Of a DNA stretch of 36,632 nucleotides, positions 19,970-28,050 are shown in pieces (position 1 is the first letter of the stretch; each line of letters starts with the position of its first letter). The stretch is from NCBI GenBank assembly GCA_036561125.1, contig DATBPW010000139.1, positions 1-36,632 of the forward strand, in the 5' to 3' direction. Source of the DNA: Ramlibacter sp. Its GTDB lineage: Bacteria; Pseudomonadota; Gammaproteobacteria; Burkholderiales; Burkholderiaceae_C. The notes under the pieces are model-generated. The model ran no database searches. It had not been told where the DNA came from and saw nothing but the letters and a program-made list of their open reading frames with translations. The translations under genes were made by a program, and so were the position numbers.

Positions 19970-20434
19970 CTAGCCGCGGATGCCGAGCTTGCCGTAGAGC
20001 TTGGCGAGGACGAAAAGCGGCCCGACCCACAGGTATTGGAGGTCTTCGAAGAACGATGGTTTCCTGCCCTCGATCCTGTGGCCGACGAACTGCGCGACCC
20101 ACGCAAGCACGAACACTAGGGCGGAGACCTGCAGCACGTACGAGCCGAGCGACTGGACGAGCGCGACGCCCAGCAGGGAAATGGCCGCCATCGACGCGAG
20201 GAACACCGGCGAGCCCAGCCGTGCGTAATACACCATGCTGGCGAGCAGGAAGGCGTACGCGACCAAGGGGTGCATCGCGTACATCAGGCCAACGAGGCTC
20301 ACCATGATCAGCGGGATCGCCACGCAATGGATCGCGCTGTTGCGCGGGTTGCGGTGGCTTTCGCCGTAATGCGCGAGCAGCTGGTCCACGCGCCGCGAGT
20401 CGGTGGGCGCCGGTCCGTCCGTGGTCGTGCTCAT
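19970..20434 (-). CDS. Mpo1-like / DUF962 membrane protein
   Basis: YGESHRNPRNSAIHCVAIP, AWVAQFVGHRIEGRKPSFFEDL; SD AAAGGAGG before ATG 20434. Confidence 0.88.
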   Translation of the reverse strand: MSTTTDGPAPTDSRRVDQLLAHYGESHRNPRNSAIHCVAIPLIMVSLVGLMYAMHPLVAYAFLLASMVYYARLGSPVFLASMAAISLLGVALVQSLGSYVLQVSALVFVLAWVAQFVGHRIEGRKPSFFEDLQYLWVGPLFVLAKLYGKLGIRG

Positions 20435-20483
20435 GCGAACCTCCTTTTGGAAGAATGGTGCCATTGTCGCAAAGGAATCCGCC

Positions 20484-20825
20484 ATGCCGGACGTCAATGG
20501 TCCTTTCAAAATCTCCGTCGTGACCACGACCGTCGGCTCCATGAAGGATGCCGATCGCCTGGCCCGCGCGATCATCGAGAAGGAGCTGGCCGCGTGCGTC
20601 CAAGTCGACGCAGTCGCGTCGTCCTTCTTCAAGTGGGAAGGAAAGTTGTGTGCCGAACCGGAAGTGAGGCTGACGATCAAGACCATTCCCATGCGGCTGG
20701 CCGGCCTCGAGGCGTTCTTCGAGGAAGCGCATCCCTACGAGCTGCCGCAGTTCGCCGTGACCGAAATGGGCACGTCGAAAGTCTACGGTTCGTGGGTGAG
20801 GGCGAACTGCGCGGGCGACTGCTAG
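20484..20825 (+). CDS. cutA: CutA divalent-cation tolerance (PII-like) protein
   Basis: LAACVQ, SFFKWEGK, E....IKT, HPYELP; SD AAAGGA upstream. Confidence 0.9.
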   Translation: MPDVNGPFKISVVTTTVGSMKDADRLARAIIEKELAACVQVDAVASSFFKWEGKLCAEPEVRLTIKTIPMRLAGLEAFFEEAHPYELPQFAVTEMGTSKVYGSWVRANCAGDC

Positions 20826-21892
20826 CGCACGACCACGCGCGCGCCGTCCGGCGCGGCGCGGCATTCCCCGATCACTGCGGCGCTCGCGAAACCATGGGCG
20901 CGGAAGATATCCATCACGCCGCCGACTGCGCCCGCGGCGCACGATACGAGCAGCCCCCCGCTCGTCTGCGGATCGGACAGCAAGGCCTGGTCCACCGCAG
21001 CGAAGCCGTCGGGCAGCACGATCGACTGGCCATAGCCCGCCCAGTTGCGGCCCGATGCGCCGGTCACGAAGCCATCGCCCGCGAGCGCACGGACGCCGGC
21101 GAGCACGGGCACCTTCGCCCAATCGATCGCCACTTCGAGGTTCGCGCCGCGCGCGAGCTCGAGCGCATGCCCCGCAAGGCCGAAGCCCGTCACGTCAGTG
21201 AGCGCATGCACGCCGTCCAGGGCTGCGAGCTCCGGCCCGGGCGTGTTGAGTTTCGTCGTGGTCTCGATCATTCGCCGGTACCCGTCCCCATCGAGCTTTT
21301 CCTTCTTGAGCGCGGCCGAGAGGATGCCGACGCCCAGCGGCTTGCCGAGGACGAGCACGTCACCCGCGCGCGCATCGGCGTTGCGCTTGACGCGCCGCGG
21401 GTGCACGAGACCGAGCGCGACGAGCCCATAGATCGGCTCGACCGAGTCGATCGTGTGGCCGCCGGCGATCGGAATGCCCGCCGCGCGGCACACGGATTCG
21501 CCGCCTTCGAGGATGCGCCCGATCGTCTGCGTGGAAAGCACGCTGATCGGCATGCCGACGAGCGCGAGCGCCATGATCGGCTTGCCGCCCATCGCGTACA
21601 CGTCCGAGATGGCGTTGGTCGCGGCGATGCGGCCGAAGTCGTACGCGTCGTCGACGATCGGCATGAAGAAGTCGGTGGTGGCGATCAGCGCCTGCTCGTC
21701 GTTGAGCTTGTACACGGCCGCGTCGTCGGCGGTCTCGATGCCGACAAGCAGTTCCGGCGGCATCGGCATGCGCGCGGTGCCCTTCAGGATCTCCGACAGC
21801 AAGCCGGGCGCGATCTTGCAGCCGCAACCGCCGCCGTGCGACAGCGACGTCAGGCGCGGCTCGGCGGCGAGCGGGTTCAGGGGGGCGTTCAT
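20822..21892 (-). CDS. selD: Selenide, water dikinase (selenophosphate synthetase; SenC-type)
   Basis: RLTSLSHGGGCGCKI, DDAAVY, TTDFFMPIVDD, NAISDVYAMGG, GGHTID, DVTGFGLAGH, DPQTSGGLL. Active-site residue is Cys (TGC), not Sec. Confidence 0.96.
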   Translation of the reverse strand: MNAPLNPLAAEPRLTSLSHGGGCGCKIAPGLLSEILKGTARMPMPPELLVGIETADDAAVYKLNDEQALIATTDFFMPIVDDAYDFGRIAATNAISDVYAMGGKPIMALALVGMPISVLSTQTIGRILEGGESVCRAAGIPIAGGHTIDSVEPIYGLVALGLVHPRRVKRNADARAGDVLVLGKPLGVGILSAALKKEKLDGDGYRRMIETTTKLNTPGPELAALDGVHALTDVTGFGLAGHALELARGANLEVAIDWAKVPVLAGVRALAGDGFVTGASGRNWAGYGQSIVLPDGFAAVDQALLSDPQTSGGLLVSCAAGAVGGVMDIFRAHGFASAAVIGECRAAPDGARVVVR

Positions 21893-22881
21893 GGACTTTC
21901 CTCGAGATGTCGGGCCAGGTCGAGCACGGCCCGGCGTTCGGTGTCGGGCGAGAAGAGCGGCGCGCGCAGATCGCATTGTGCGCGCAGCCGCGCCAGCAGG
22001 GACGTGGCAGGGTCATCGCTGCCCTGCGTGGCCCGGCAGACCTTGAGCAGGTGCGCCAGCGCCTTCGCGTCGCCGTGCGGGAAATAGCCTTCGTAGCCCG
22101 GGCCGAGCAGCCCGATGTTGCCGGAGATGCGCGATGCGAGCACCGGCGTGCCGCTGCAGACCGCTTCCATGATGGCGTGGGCGCCGCCTTCGATCGCGCT
22201 CGTGTGCACGAGCAGGTTCGCGCGCTGGATTTCGCGCAGTGTTTCCTCGTGCGGCAGCTCGCCAAGCCAGTGGTAGGACGGGCACTCGGCGGCGGTGCGG
22301 TGCGCGCGTTCAGCCCAGATTTCCTCGTCGGCGCGGCCGATGTGGTGCAGCTCGATGTCAGGGCGCTGGCGCAGCAGGCGCGCTGCTTCGAACAAGGTCT
22401 CGGGGCTTTTCACGTCGCGCAGGTGCCCGACCATCACCGCGCGCAGCCTGTCGTTGGGCTTCGGCGTTGCCTCGCGTGAAGCCACGGACTGGTAGATCAC
22501 GCGCGCCTTGTGCCGATGCACGGCCGGCAGCGCTTCGAGCCCGAGTTCCTGCAGCACGACGAGCTGGCCGGCGAAGTCCAGCGAGCGGCGTGCCGCCGGA
22601 TCGATGCCGATGTCGCGGTACAGGTCCGTGCCCGTCAGGACGAGCGCGAGTTTCCCAGGCGACCGTGCCTGCGCCCACGCGGCGATCGAATCGGCGGAGC
22701 GCCGCGCGTGCAAAGCGATCATGGACCGGTCGCGCTCCGACTGCGCGTCCGGCCAGCTCATCACCGTGCGCACGTCGAACGCCTCTGCGAGGAATGAAGA
22801 CCAGCGGTGCGCCGTCTGCCAGTTGCCGTTGTTGGCGGCAGCGAGGGCGGGGCTTACGATCACGACCGATGGACGCGGCAT
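21889..22881 (-). CDS. senB: GT4-type selenosugar synthase SenB-like glycosyltransferase
   Basis: SPALAAANNGNWQTAHRW, ALHARRS, LTGTDLYRD, VGHLRDVK, EGGAHAIMEA; 4-nt overlap with the selD start. Confidence 0.88.
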   Translation of the reverse strand: MPRPSVVIVSPALAAANNGNWQTAHRWSSFLAEAFDVRTVMSWPDAQSERDRSMIALHARRSADSIAAWAQARSPGKLALVLTGTDLYRDIGIDPAARRSLDFAGQLVVLQELGLEALPAVHRHKARVIYQSVASREATPKPNDRLRAVMVGHLRDVKSPETLFEAARLLRQRPDIELHHIGRADEEIWAERAHRTAAECPSYHWLGELPHEETLREIQRANLLVHTSAIEGGAHAIMEAVCSGTPVLASRISGNIGLLGPGYEGYFPHGDAKALAHLLKVCRATQGSDDPATSLLARLRAQCDLRAPLFSPDTERRAVLDLARHLEESP

Positions 22882-24044
22882 TCACGGTTTATAGCGCGGC
22901 GCACGCGTTGCGCACAGGCGGGCGCGCCCATGTGCGCGCCGCGCTCGAAGGTGCGCGCAAGCGCACGCTGCTCCTGGCCGATGCATACGCCGCGGCGCTG
23001 GCCGCGCAAGCCTTGCGCGTGCCCTACCGGTCGACGTTGAATCCGCCGCTGTGGGAATGGGGGCACGTCGCGTGGTTCCAGGAATGGTGGATCGCGCGCA
23101 ACCGCCAGCGCGCGCTGGGCGTCGCATGCGACCCGGACCACGAACGCGCGCCTTCGATCATCGCGAATGCGGACGCGATGTACGACTCCAGCCGGGTCGC
23201 GCATGCCTTGCGGTGGGAACTGCCGCTGCCGGACGAGCACGGCACCCGCGCGTACATGGCAGCGACGCTCGAGCAGACGCTCGCCGCGCTCGAGCGCATC
23301 GACGAGCCGACCGACGACTCGCTGTATTTCTTCCGCCTGGTCGCGCTGCACGAGGAAATGCACAGTGAAGCGGCGAGCTACATGGCACAGGCGCTGGGTA
23401 TCGACGTTCCCGCGGCCGCACTGCGCGCTGTTCCTGCGCTCGAGCGAGACCGCGGCGCGGTGCGCGTTCCGGCGCAGCACTTCACGGCAGGCTGGAGCGG
23501 CGCGGGCTTCGCTTTCGACAACGAACTGCAGCCGCCGGGCGTCGCGCTCGATGCATTCGATATCGATGCACAGCCGGTTTCATGGGAGCGTTTCATCGAG
23601 TTCGCGCAGGCGGGGGGCTACCGTGACCGCCGGTGGTGGGACGACGCAGGCTGGAGCTGGCTCGAGCGCAGCGGCATTCCCGATCACGAGCAGCGCGCCA
23701 TGCCGGGCACGGCCGCGACCCACCTGAGCGCATTCGAGGCGCAAGCCTGGTGCCGCTGGGCAGGCCGCCGCTTGCCGACCGAATTCGAATGGGAGTGCGC
23801 GGCGTTGGCGTCGCCGGAGTTTTCTTGGGGCCAGGCCTGGGAATGGACCTCCTCCCCGTTCGAGCCCTACCCGGGTTTCGCGCCGCATCCGTATCGCGAC
23901 TATTCGCAACCATGGTTCGGCACGCGGCGCGTGCTGCGCGGCGCTTGCCCTGCGACGTCCGCTTCGCTCGCCCACCCGCGCTATCGCAATTTCTTCGAGC
24001 CGCATCGCTGCGACACCTTCGCCGGCTTTCGCAGCTGTGCCTGA
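22869..24044 (+). CDS. senA: EgtB-family non-haem iron enzyme, selenoneine synthase SenA-like
   Basis: DinB-like N-domain (NPPLWEWGHVAWFQEWW; LHEEMHSE = HxxxHxE) plus FGE-sulfatase domain (FAFDNE, RLPTEFEWE, WEWT, YRDYSQPWF, YRNFF, FAGFRSC). Start taken at ATG 22869. Confidence 0.87.
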   Translation: MDAAFTVYSAAHALRTGGRAHVRAALEGARKRTLLLADAYAAALAAQALRVPYRSTLNPPLWEWGHVAWFQEWWIARNRQRALGVACDPDHERAPSIIANADAMYDSSRVAHALRWELPLPDEHGTRAYMAATLEQTLAALERIDEPTDDSLYFFRLVALHEEMHSEAASYMAQALGIDVPAAALRAVPALERDRGAVRVPAQHFTAGWSGAGFAFDNELQPPGVALDAFDIDAQPVSWERFIEFAQAGGYRDRRWWDDAGWSWLERSGIPDHEQRAMPGTAATHLSAFEAQAWCRWAGRRLPTEFEWECAALASPEFSWGQAWEWTSSPFEPYPGFAPHPYRDYSQPWFGTRRVLRGACPATSASLAHPRYRNFFEPHRCDTFAGFRSCA

Positions 24045-24050
24045 TGCGGC

Positions 24051-25148
24051 TCAGGAACCCAGCAGCGCCAGCGCGAATTCGCGCGCGTTGAAAGTCTCGA
24101 GGTCTTCCAGCTTCTCGCCGACGCCGATGAAATAGACCGGCACCGGCTTTTCCTGCGCGATCGCAGCCAGCACACCGCCCTTGGCGGTGCCGTCCAGTTT
24201 GGTCACGACGAGTCCCGTGAGGCCGAGCGCTGCGTCGAACGCCTTCACTTGCGCGAGCGCGTTCTGGCCGGTGTTGCCGTCGATGACGAGAAGCACTTCG
24301 TGCGGCGCGCTGGGTTCGGCCTTCTGCACCACGCGCTTGATCTTGCGCAGCTCCTCCATCAGGTGCAGTTGCGTCGGCAGGCGGCCCGCGGTGTCGACGA
24401 GCACGACGTCCTTGCCGCGCGCGCGGCCCGCGGTGACGGCGTCGAACGCGACGGCGGCGGGGTCGCCGCCTTGCTGGCTGACGATCTCGACCGTGTTGCG
24501 GTCGGCCCAGACCGCGAGCTGCTCGCGCGCGGCCGCGCGAAACGTGTCGGCTGCCGCCAGCAACACCGATTCGCCGCTGTCGGCCAGGTGTTTCGTGAGC
24601 TTGCCGATCGACGTGGTCTTGCCGGCGCCGTTCACGCCCGCGACCATGACCACGGTCGGCTCGTGCTCGCCGATGACAAGTTCCTTCTCGAGCGGCTTGA
24701 GCAACTGCGTCAGCGAATCGATGAGGATGTTCCGCGCCTGCACGGGGCGCGAGGCGCCGCTTTGCGCGACCCGGCGCTTGACTTCGGTGATCAGGTGCTG
24801 CGTCGCCTTCACGCCGGTGTCGGCCATCAGCAGCGCCGTTTCGAGCTCTTCATAGAACGCGTCGTCGATCTGCGCGCCGGCGAAGACTTCGGACAGTGTC
24901 GAGCCGGTCTTGCGCAAGCCTTGTGTCAGGCGCTCCATCCAGGTCTTGCGCTCGGGCGCGACCGGCGCGGCGACGGGGATTTCGATCGCCTGCACGACCG
25001 CAGTGCCGATCAATCCGCCCGAGGCCGGCGCAGGTGCGGGCGCCGGTGCGGGCGCGACGGCAGAGCTGTCCTCGGCCGCAGGGGCAGGCACGGCTGCCGG
25101 AAGGGGCGCAGGCGTGGCCGCGGGTTTTTTACGGAAGAAACTGAACAT
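24051..25148 (-). CDS. ftsY: Signal recognition particle receptor FtsY
   Basis: GVNGAGKTT, DTFRAAA, DTAGR, TKLDGTAKGG; Pro/Ala-rich N-terminal region. Confidence 0.97.
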   Translation of the reverse strand: MFSFFRKKPAATPAPLPAAVPAPAAEDSSAVAPAPAPAPAPASGGLIGTAVVQAIEIPVAAPVAPERKTWMERLTQGLRKTGSTLSEVFAGAQIDDAFYEELETALLMADTGVKATQHLITEVKRRVAQSGASRPVQARNILIDSLTQLLKPLEKELVIGEHEPTVVMVAGVNGAGKTTSIGKLTKHLADSGESVLLAAADTFRAAAREQLAVWADRNTVEIVSQQGGDPAAVAFDAVTAGRARGKDVVLVDTAGRLPTQLHLMEELRKIKRVVQKAEPSAPHEVLLVIDGNTGQNALAQVKAFDAALGLTGLVVTKLDGTAKGGVLAAIAQEKPVPVYFIGVGEKLEDLETFNAREFALALLGS

Positions 25149-25177
25149 TGCCACGCTTCTTAGAATCACACGATTCT

Positions 25178-26587
25178 ATGAAAGCTCTCCTTCACCGCTT
25201 GCTGTGCGCCTTGACGCTCGCAGCTTTCATCCCCCTTGCACCTTCGTTCGCCCAGTCGCCGCCGCAAGCAGCGAAGGTCGAACAGTTCAAGCTCGATAAC
25301 GGTTTCACCGTGATCGTCAAGCCCGATCATCGCGCGCCCACGGCGGTGCAGATGGTCTGGGTGCGAGTGGGTTCCATGGACGAAGTCGACGGCTGGACCG
25401 GGATCGCGCACATCCTCGAACACATGATGTTCAAGGGCTCGAAGCTGCTCAAGGCGGGCGAGTTCTCGCAGCGCGTCGCGGCGCTGGGCGGGCGCGAGAA
25501 CGCGTTCACCATGAAGGACACGACGGGCTTCTACCAGCAGATCCCGGCGAACAAGCTCGAAGACGTGATGAAGCTCGAGGCCGACCGCTTCGCGACCAAC
25601 CAGTGGCCCGACGACGAATTCAAGCGCGAGCTCGAGGTGGTGAAGGAGGAACGCCGCTGGCGTGTCGACGACCAGCCGCGCGCGCGGATGTGGGAGGCGC
25701 TCGATGCGGAGATCTACGAAGCATCGCCGTACCGCCGGCCGGTGGTCGGGTGGATGGGCGACCTCGATTCGATGCAGCCGAATGACGCGCGCGACTTCTA
25801 CCACCGCTGGTACGTGCCCGCGAACGCGGTGCTCGTGGTCGTCGGCGACGTCGATCCGCTGAAGGTGAAGCAGCTTGCGCAGAAGTACTACGGCAGCATC
25901 CCGGCGCGGCCCGTGCCGGTCCGCAAGCCGCGGCCCGAACCGGAGCAGGTCGGCATCCGTCATCTCGAGTTCAAGGCACCGGCGGACCAGGCGTATGTCG
26001 CCCTTGCGTTCAAGGTGCCGCAGTTGCGCTCGTTCGACGCGACCCCGGACAACGACGACGCGCTCGCGCTCACCGTGCTGTCGGCCGTGCTTGACGGCTA
26101 TGCCGGCTCCCGCCTCGATCGCGCATTGACGCAAGGGCCCGACCGTGTGGCCGACAGCGCCGGCGCATCCAACGGCCTGTGGGGACGCGGCCCGCAACTG
26201 TTCGTGCTCGATTGCGTGCCCGCAAAAGGCAAGACGCCGGAGCAGTGCGAATCCGCGCTGCGCGCCGAAGTCGCGAAAGTCGCGCAGGGCGGCGTGACGG
26301 AGGCCGAACTCAATCGAGTCAAGACGCAGTGGGTCGCGAGCCAGGTGTACCGGCTCGATTCGATCATGAACCAGGCACAGGAGCTCGGCTCGCAATGGAT
26401 CATCGGCATGCCGACCGACGCCCAGGAAAGGCTGATCCAGCGCCTGCGCGGCGTGACGGCTGCGCAAGTGCAGGCGGTCGCAGCGAAGTATTTCGGCGAC
26501 GACCAGCTCACGGTCGGCATCCTGCGGCCGCAGCCGATCGACCCCAACCGCAAGCCGCGCCAGCGCCCGGCGGGCGTGCGCGATTGA
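25178..26587 (+). CDS. M16B zinc peptidase, catalytic subunit (exported)
   Basis: Signal peptide; inverzincin motif HILEH; ENAFT; ELEVVKEERR. Confidence 0.92.
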   Translation: MKALLHRLLCALTLAAFIPLAPSFAQSPPQAAKVEQFKLDNGFTVIVKPDHRAPTAVQMVWVRVGSMDEVDGWTGIAHILEHMMFKGSKLLKAGEFSQRVAALGGRENAFTMKDTTGFYQQIPANKLEDVMKLEADRFATNQWPDDEFKRELEVVKEERRWRVDDQPRARMWEALDAEIYEASPYRRPVVGWMGDLDSMQPNDARDFYHRWYVPANAVLVVVGDVDPLKVKQLAQKYYGSIPARPVPVRKPRPEPEQVGIRHLEFKAPADQAYVALAFKVPQLRSFDATPDNDDALALTVLSAVLDGYAGSRLDRALTQGPDRVADSAGASNGLWGRGPQLFVLDCVPAKGKTPEQCESALRAEVAKVAQGGVTEAELNRVKTQWVASQVYRLDSIMNQAQELGSQWIIGMPTDAQERLIQRLRGVTAAQVQAVAAKYFGDDQLTVGILRPQPIDPNRKPRQRPAGVRD

Positions 26588-26603
26588 AGGCGGAAAGAAC
26601 AAC

Positions 26604-27965
26604 ATGAAGACGAACAAGCAAACTTTCCGTGCGCTCCTGCTCCTCGCGTGCTTTGCGGCTTTCGGGTCGCGCGCATTTGCGGCGATCCCGATCCAGCACT
26701 GGGTCCAGCCCAGCGGGGCCAAGATCTATTTCGTCGAGAGTCCCACGTTGCCGATGGTGGACGTGCGTGTCGATTTCGACGCGGGCGACCGCCGCGAACC
26801 CGCGGACAAGGCCGGCCTCGCGGGCGTGACGGCGGGCATGACCGAAAAGGGTGTCGCCGCGCACGGCAGCGAACCGGCGCTCGACGAGAACCAGCTGGGC
26901 GAAGCGTGGGCCGACCTCGGCGCCGACATGGGCGAGGGCGCATCGTCGGACCGCATGAGCTTTTCGGTGCGCACGCTGAACTATCCCGACATCATGCCGA
27001 AGGCCATCGCGCTGGCCGCGCGCGTGCTCGGCGAGCCGTCGTTCCCGGAGGACATCTGGAACCGGGAGCGGCAGCGCCTGCAAGCCGCGATCCGCGAGGC
27101 GGACACGAAGCCCGGCACGATCGCGGGCAAGGCTTATTCGAAAGCGGTGTACGGCTCGCATCCGTACGGCTACGAGATGACCGAGCAGTCGCTCGCGAAC
27201 ATCAGCGTGGCCGACATGCGCGAGTTCTACCGGATGCTGCAGCCCTGCCGCGCGAAGGTGACCATCGTCGGCGCGGTGACGCGCCCGCAGGCCGACCAGA
27301 TCGCGACGACGTTCCTGTCGCGCCTGCCCGCCGCCACGAGCGGCACCTGCGCGCCACTGCCGGCGGTGCCCGAGGTGCAACCGCTGGCCGCCGCGTCGGT
27401 CAAGAAGATCCCGTTCAATTCCGCGCAGGCGCACATCCTGATGGGCCAACCCGGCTACAAGCGCGCGGATCCCGACTACTTCCCCCTGCTGGTGGGCAAT
27501 TACATCCTCGGTGGCAGCGGCCTCGTCTCGCGCTTGCCGATCGAAGTGCGCGAGAAGCGCGGCCTGTCGTACAGCGCCGGCAGCAGCTTTTCGCCCGGCC
27601 TGCACGCGGGCGCCTTCACCGTGAGCATCCAGACGCGCCCCGACCAGGCCGAGGAAGCCTTGAAGGTCGCGCGTGAGGTGGTCGCGCAGTTCGTCAAGGA
27701 GGGCCCGACGGACGCTGAACTGAAGGCCGCGAAGGGCTTCCTCGTCGGCGGGTTCCCGCTGCTGATCGACAGCAACCGCAAGTTGCTGGACAACGTGGCG
27801 AACATCGCCTGGAACGACCTGCCGCTCAATTACCTCGACACGTGGACCGCCAACGTGGAGAAGGTCACCGCCGCGGACGTGAGGGCCGCTTTCGAGCGCA
27901 AGCTGCAGCCGGACCGCATGGCGACCGTCATCGTCGGCGAGCAGCCCGCGGATCCGGCCCATTAA
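26604..27965 (+). CDS. M16B peptidase-like partner subunit lacking HxxEH (exported)
   Basis: Signal peptide; GLAGVTAGMT in place of HxxEH; C-terminal ILGGSG..SRL..EVREKRGLSY. Confidence 0.88.
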   Translation: MKTNKQTFRALLLLACFAAFGSRAFAAIPIQHWVQPSGAKIYFVESPTLPMVDVRVDFDAGDRREPADKAGLAGVTAGMTEKGVAAHGSEPALDENQLGEAWADLGADMGEGASSDRMSFSVRTLNYPDIMPKAIALAARVLGEPSFPEDIWNRERQRLQAAIREADTKPGTIAGKAYSKAVYGSHPYGYEMTEQSLANISVADMREFYRMLQPCRAKVTIVGAVTRPQADQIATTFLSRLPAATSGTCAPLPAVPEVQPLAAASVKKIPFNSAQAHILMGQPGYKRADPDYFPLLVGNYILGGSGLVSRLPIEVREKRGLSYSAGSSFSPGLHAGAFTVSIQTRPDQAEEALKVAREVVAQFVKEGPTDAELKAAKGFLVGGFPLLIDSNRKLLDNVANIAWNDLPLNYLDTWTANVEKVTAADVRAAFERKLQPDRMATVIVGEQPADPAH

Positions 27966-27980
27966 GTACATCTTTTTGAC

Positions 27981-28011
27981 GGCACCCCTGTCAAAGTTGA
28001 CAGGGGTTGCC
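27981..28011. repeat. Near-perfect inverted repeat (operator or hairpin)
   Basis: GGCA-CCCCTGTCAA-ag-TTGACAGGGG-t-TGCC; perfect 10-bp arms at 27985-28006. Confidence 0.75.
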
Positions 28012-28050
28012 AACACGACTCTTGCAATGCTTCCCAGAATGCACCCATCG

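Noticed and set aside
21815-21840. Possible selenocysteine codon/SECIS in selD
   Set aside because: The active-site motif is encoded as TGC-GGC-TGC-AAG (CGCK); there is no in-frame TGA.
25020-25125. GGTGCGGGCGC-type short repeats in the ftsY 5' region
   Set aside because: They encode the ordinary Pro-Ala low-complexity N-terminal linker of FtsY; not a CRISPR or mobile repeat.
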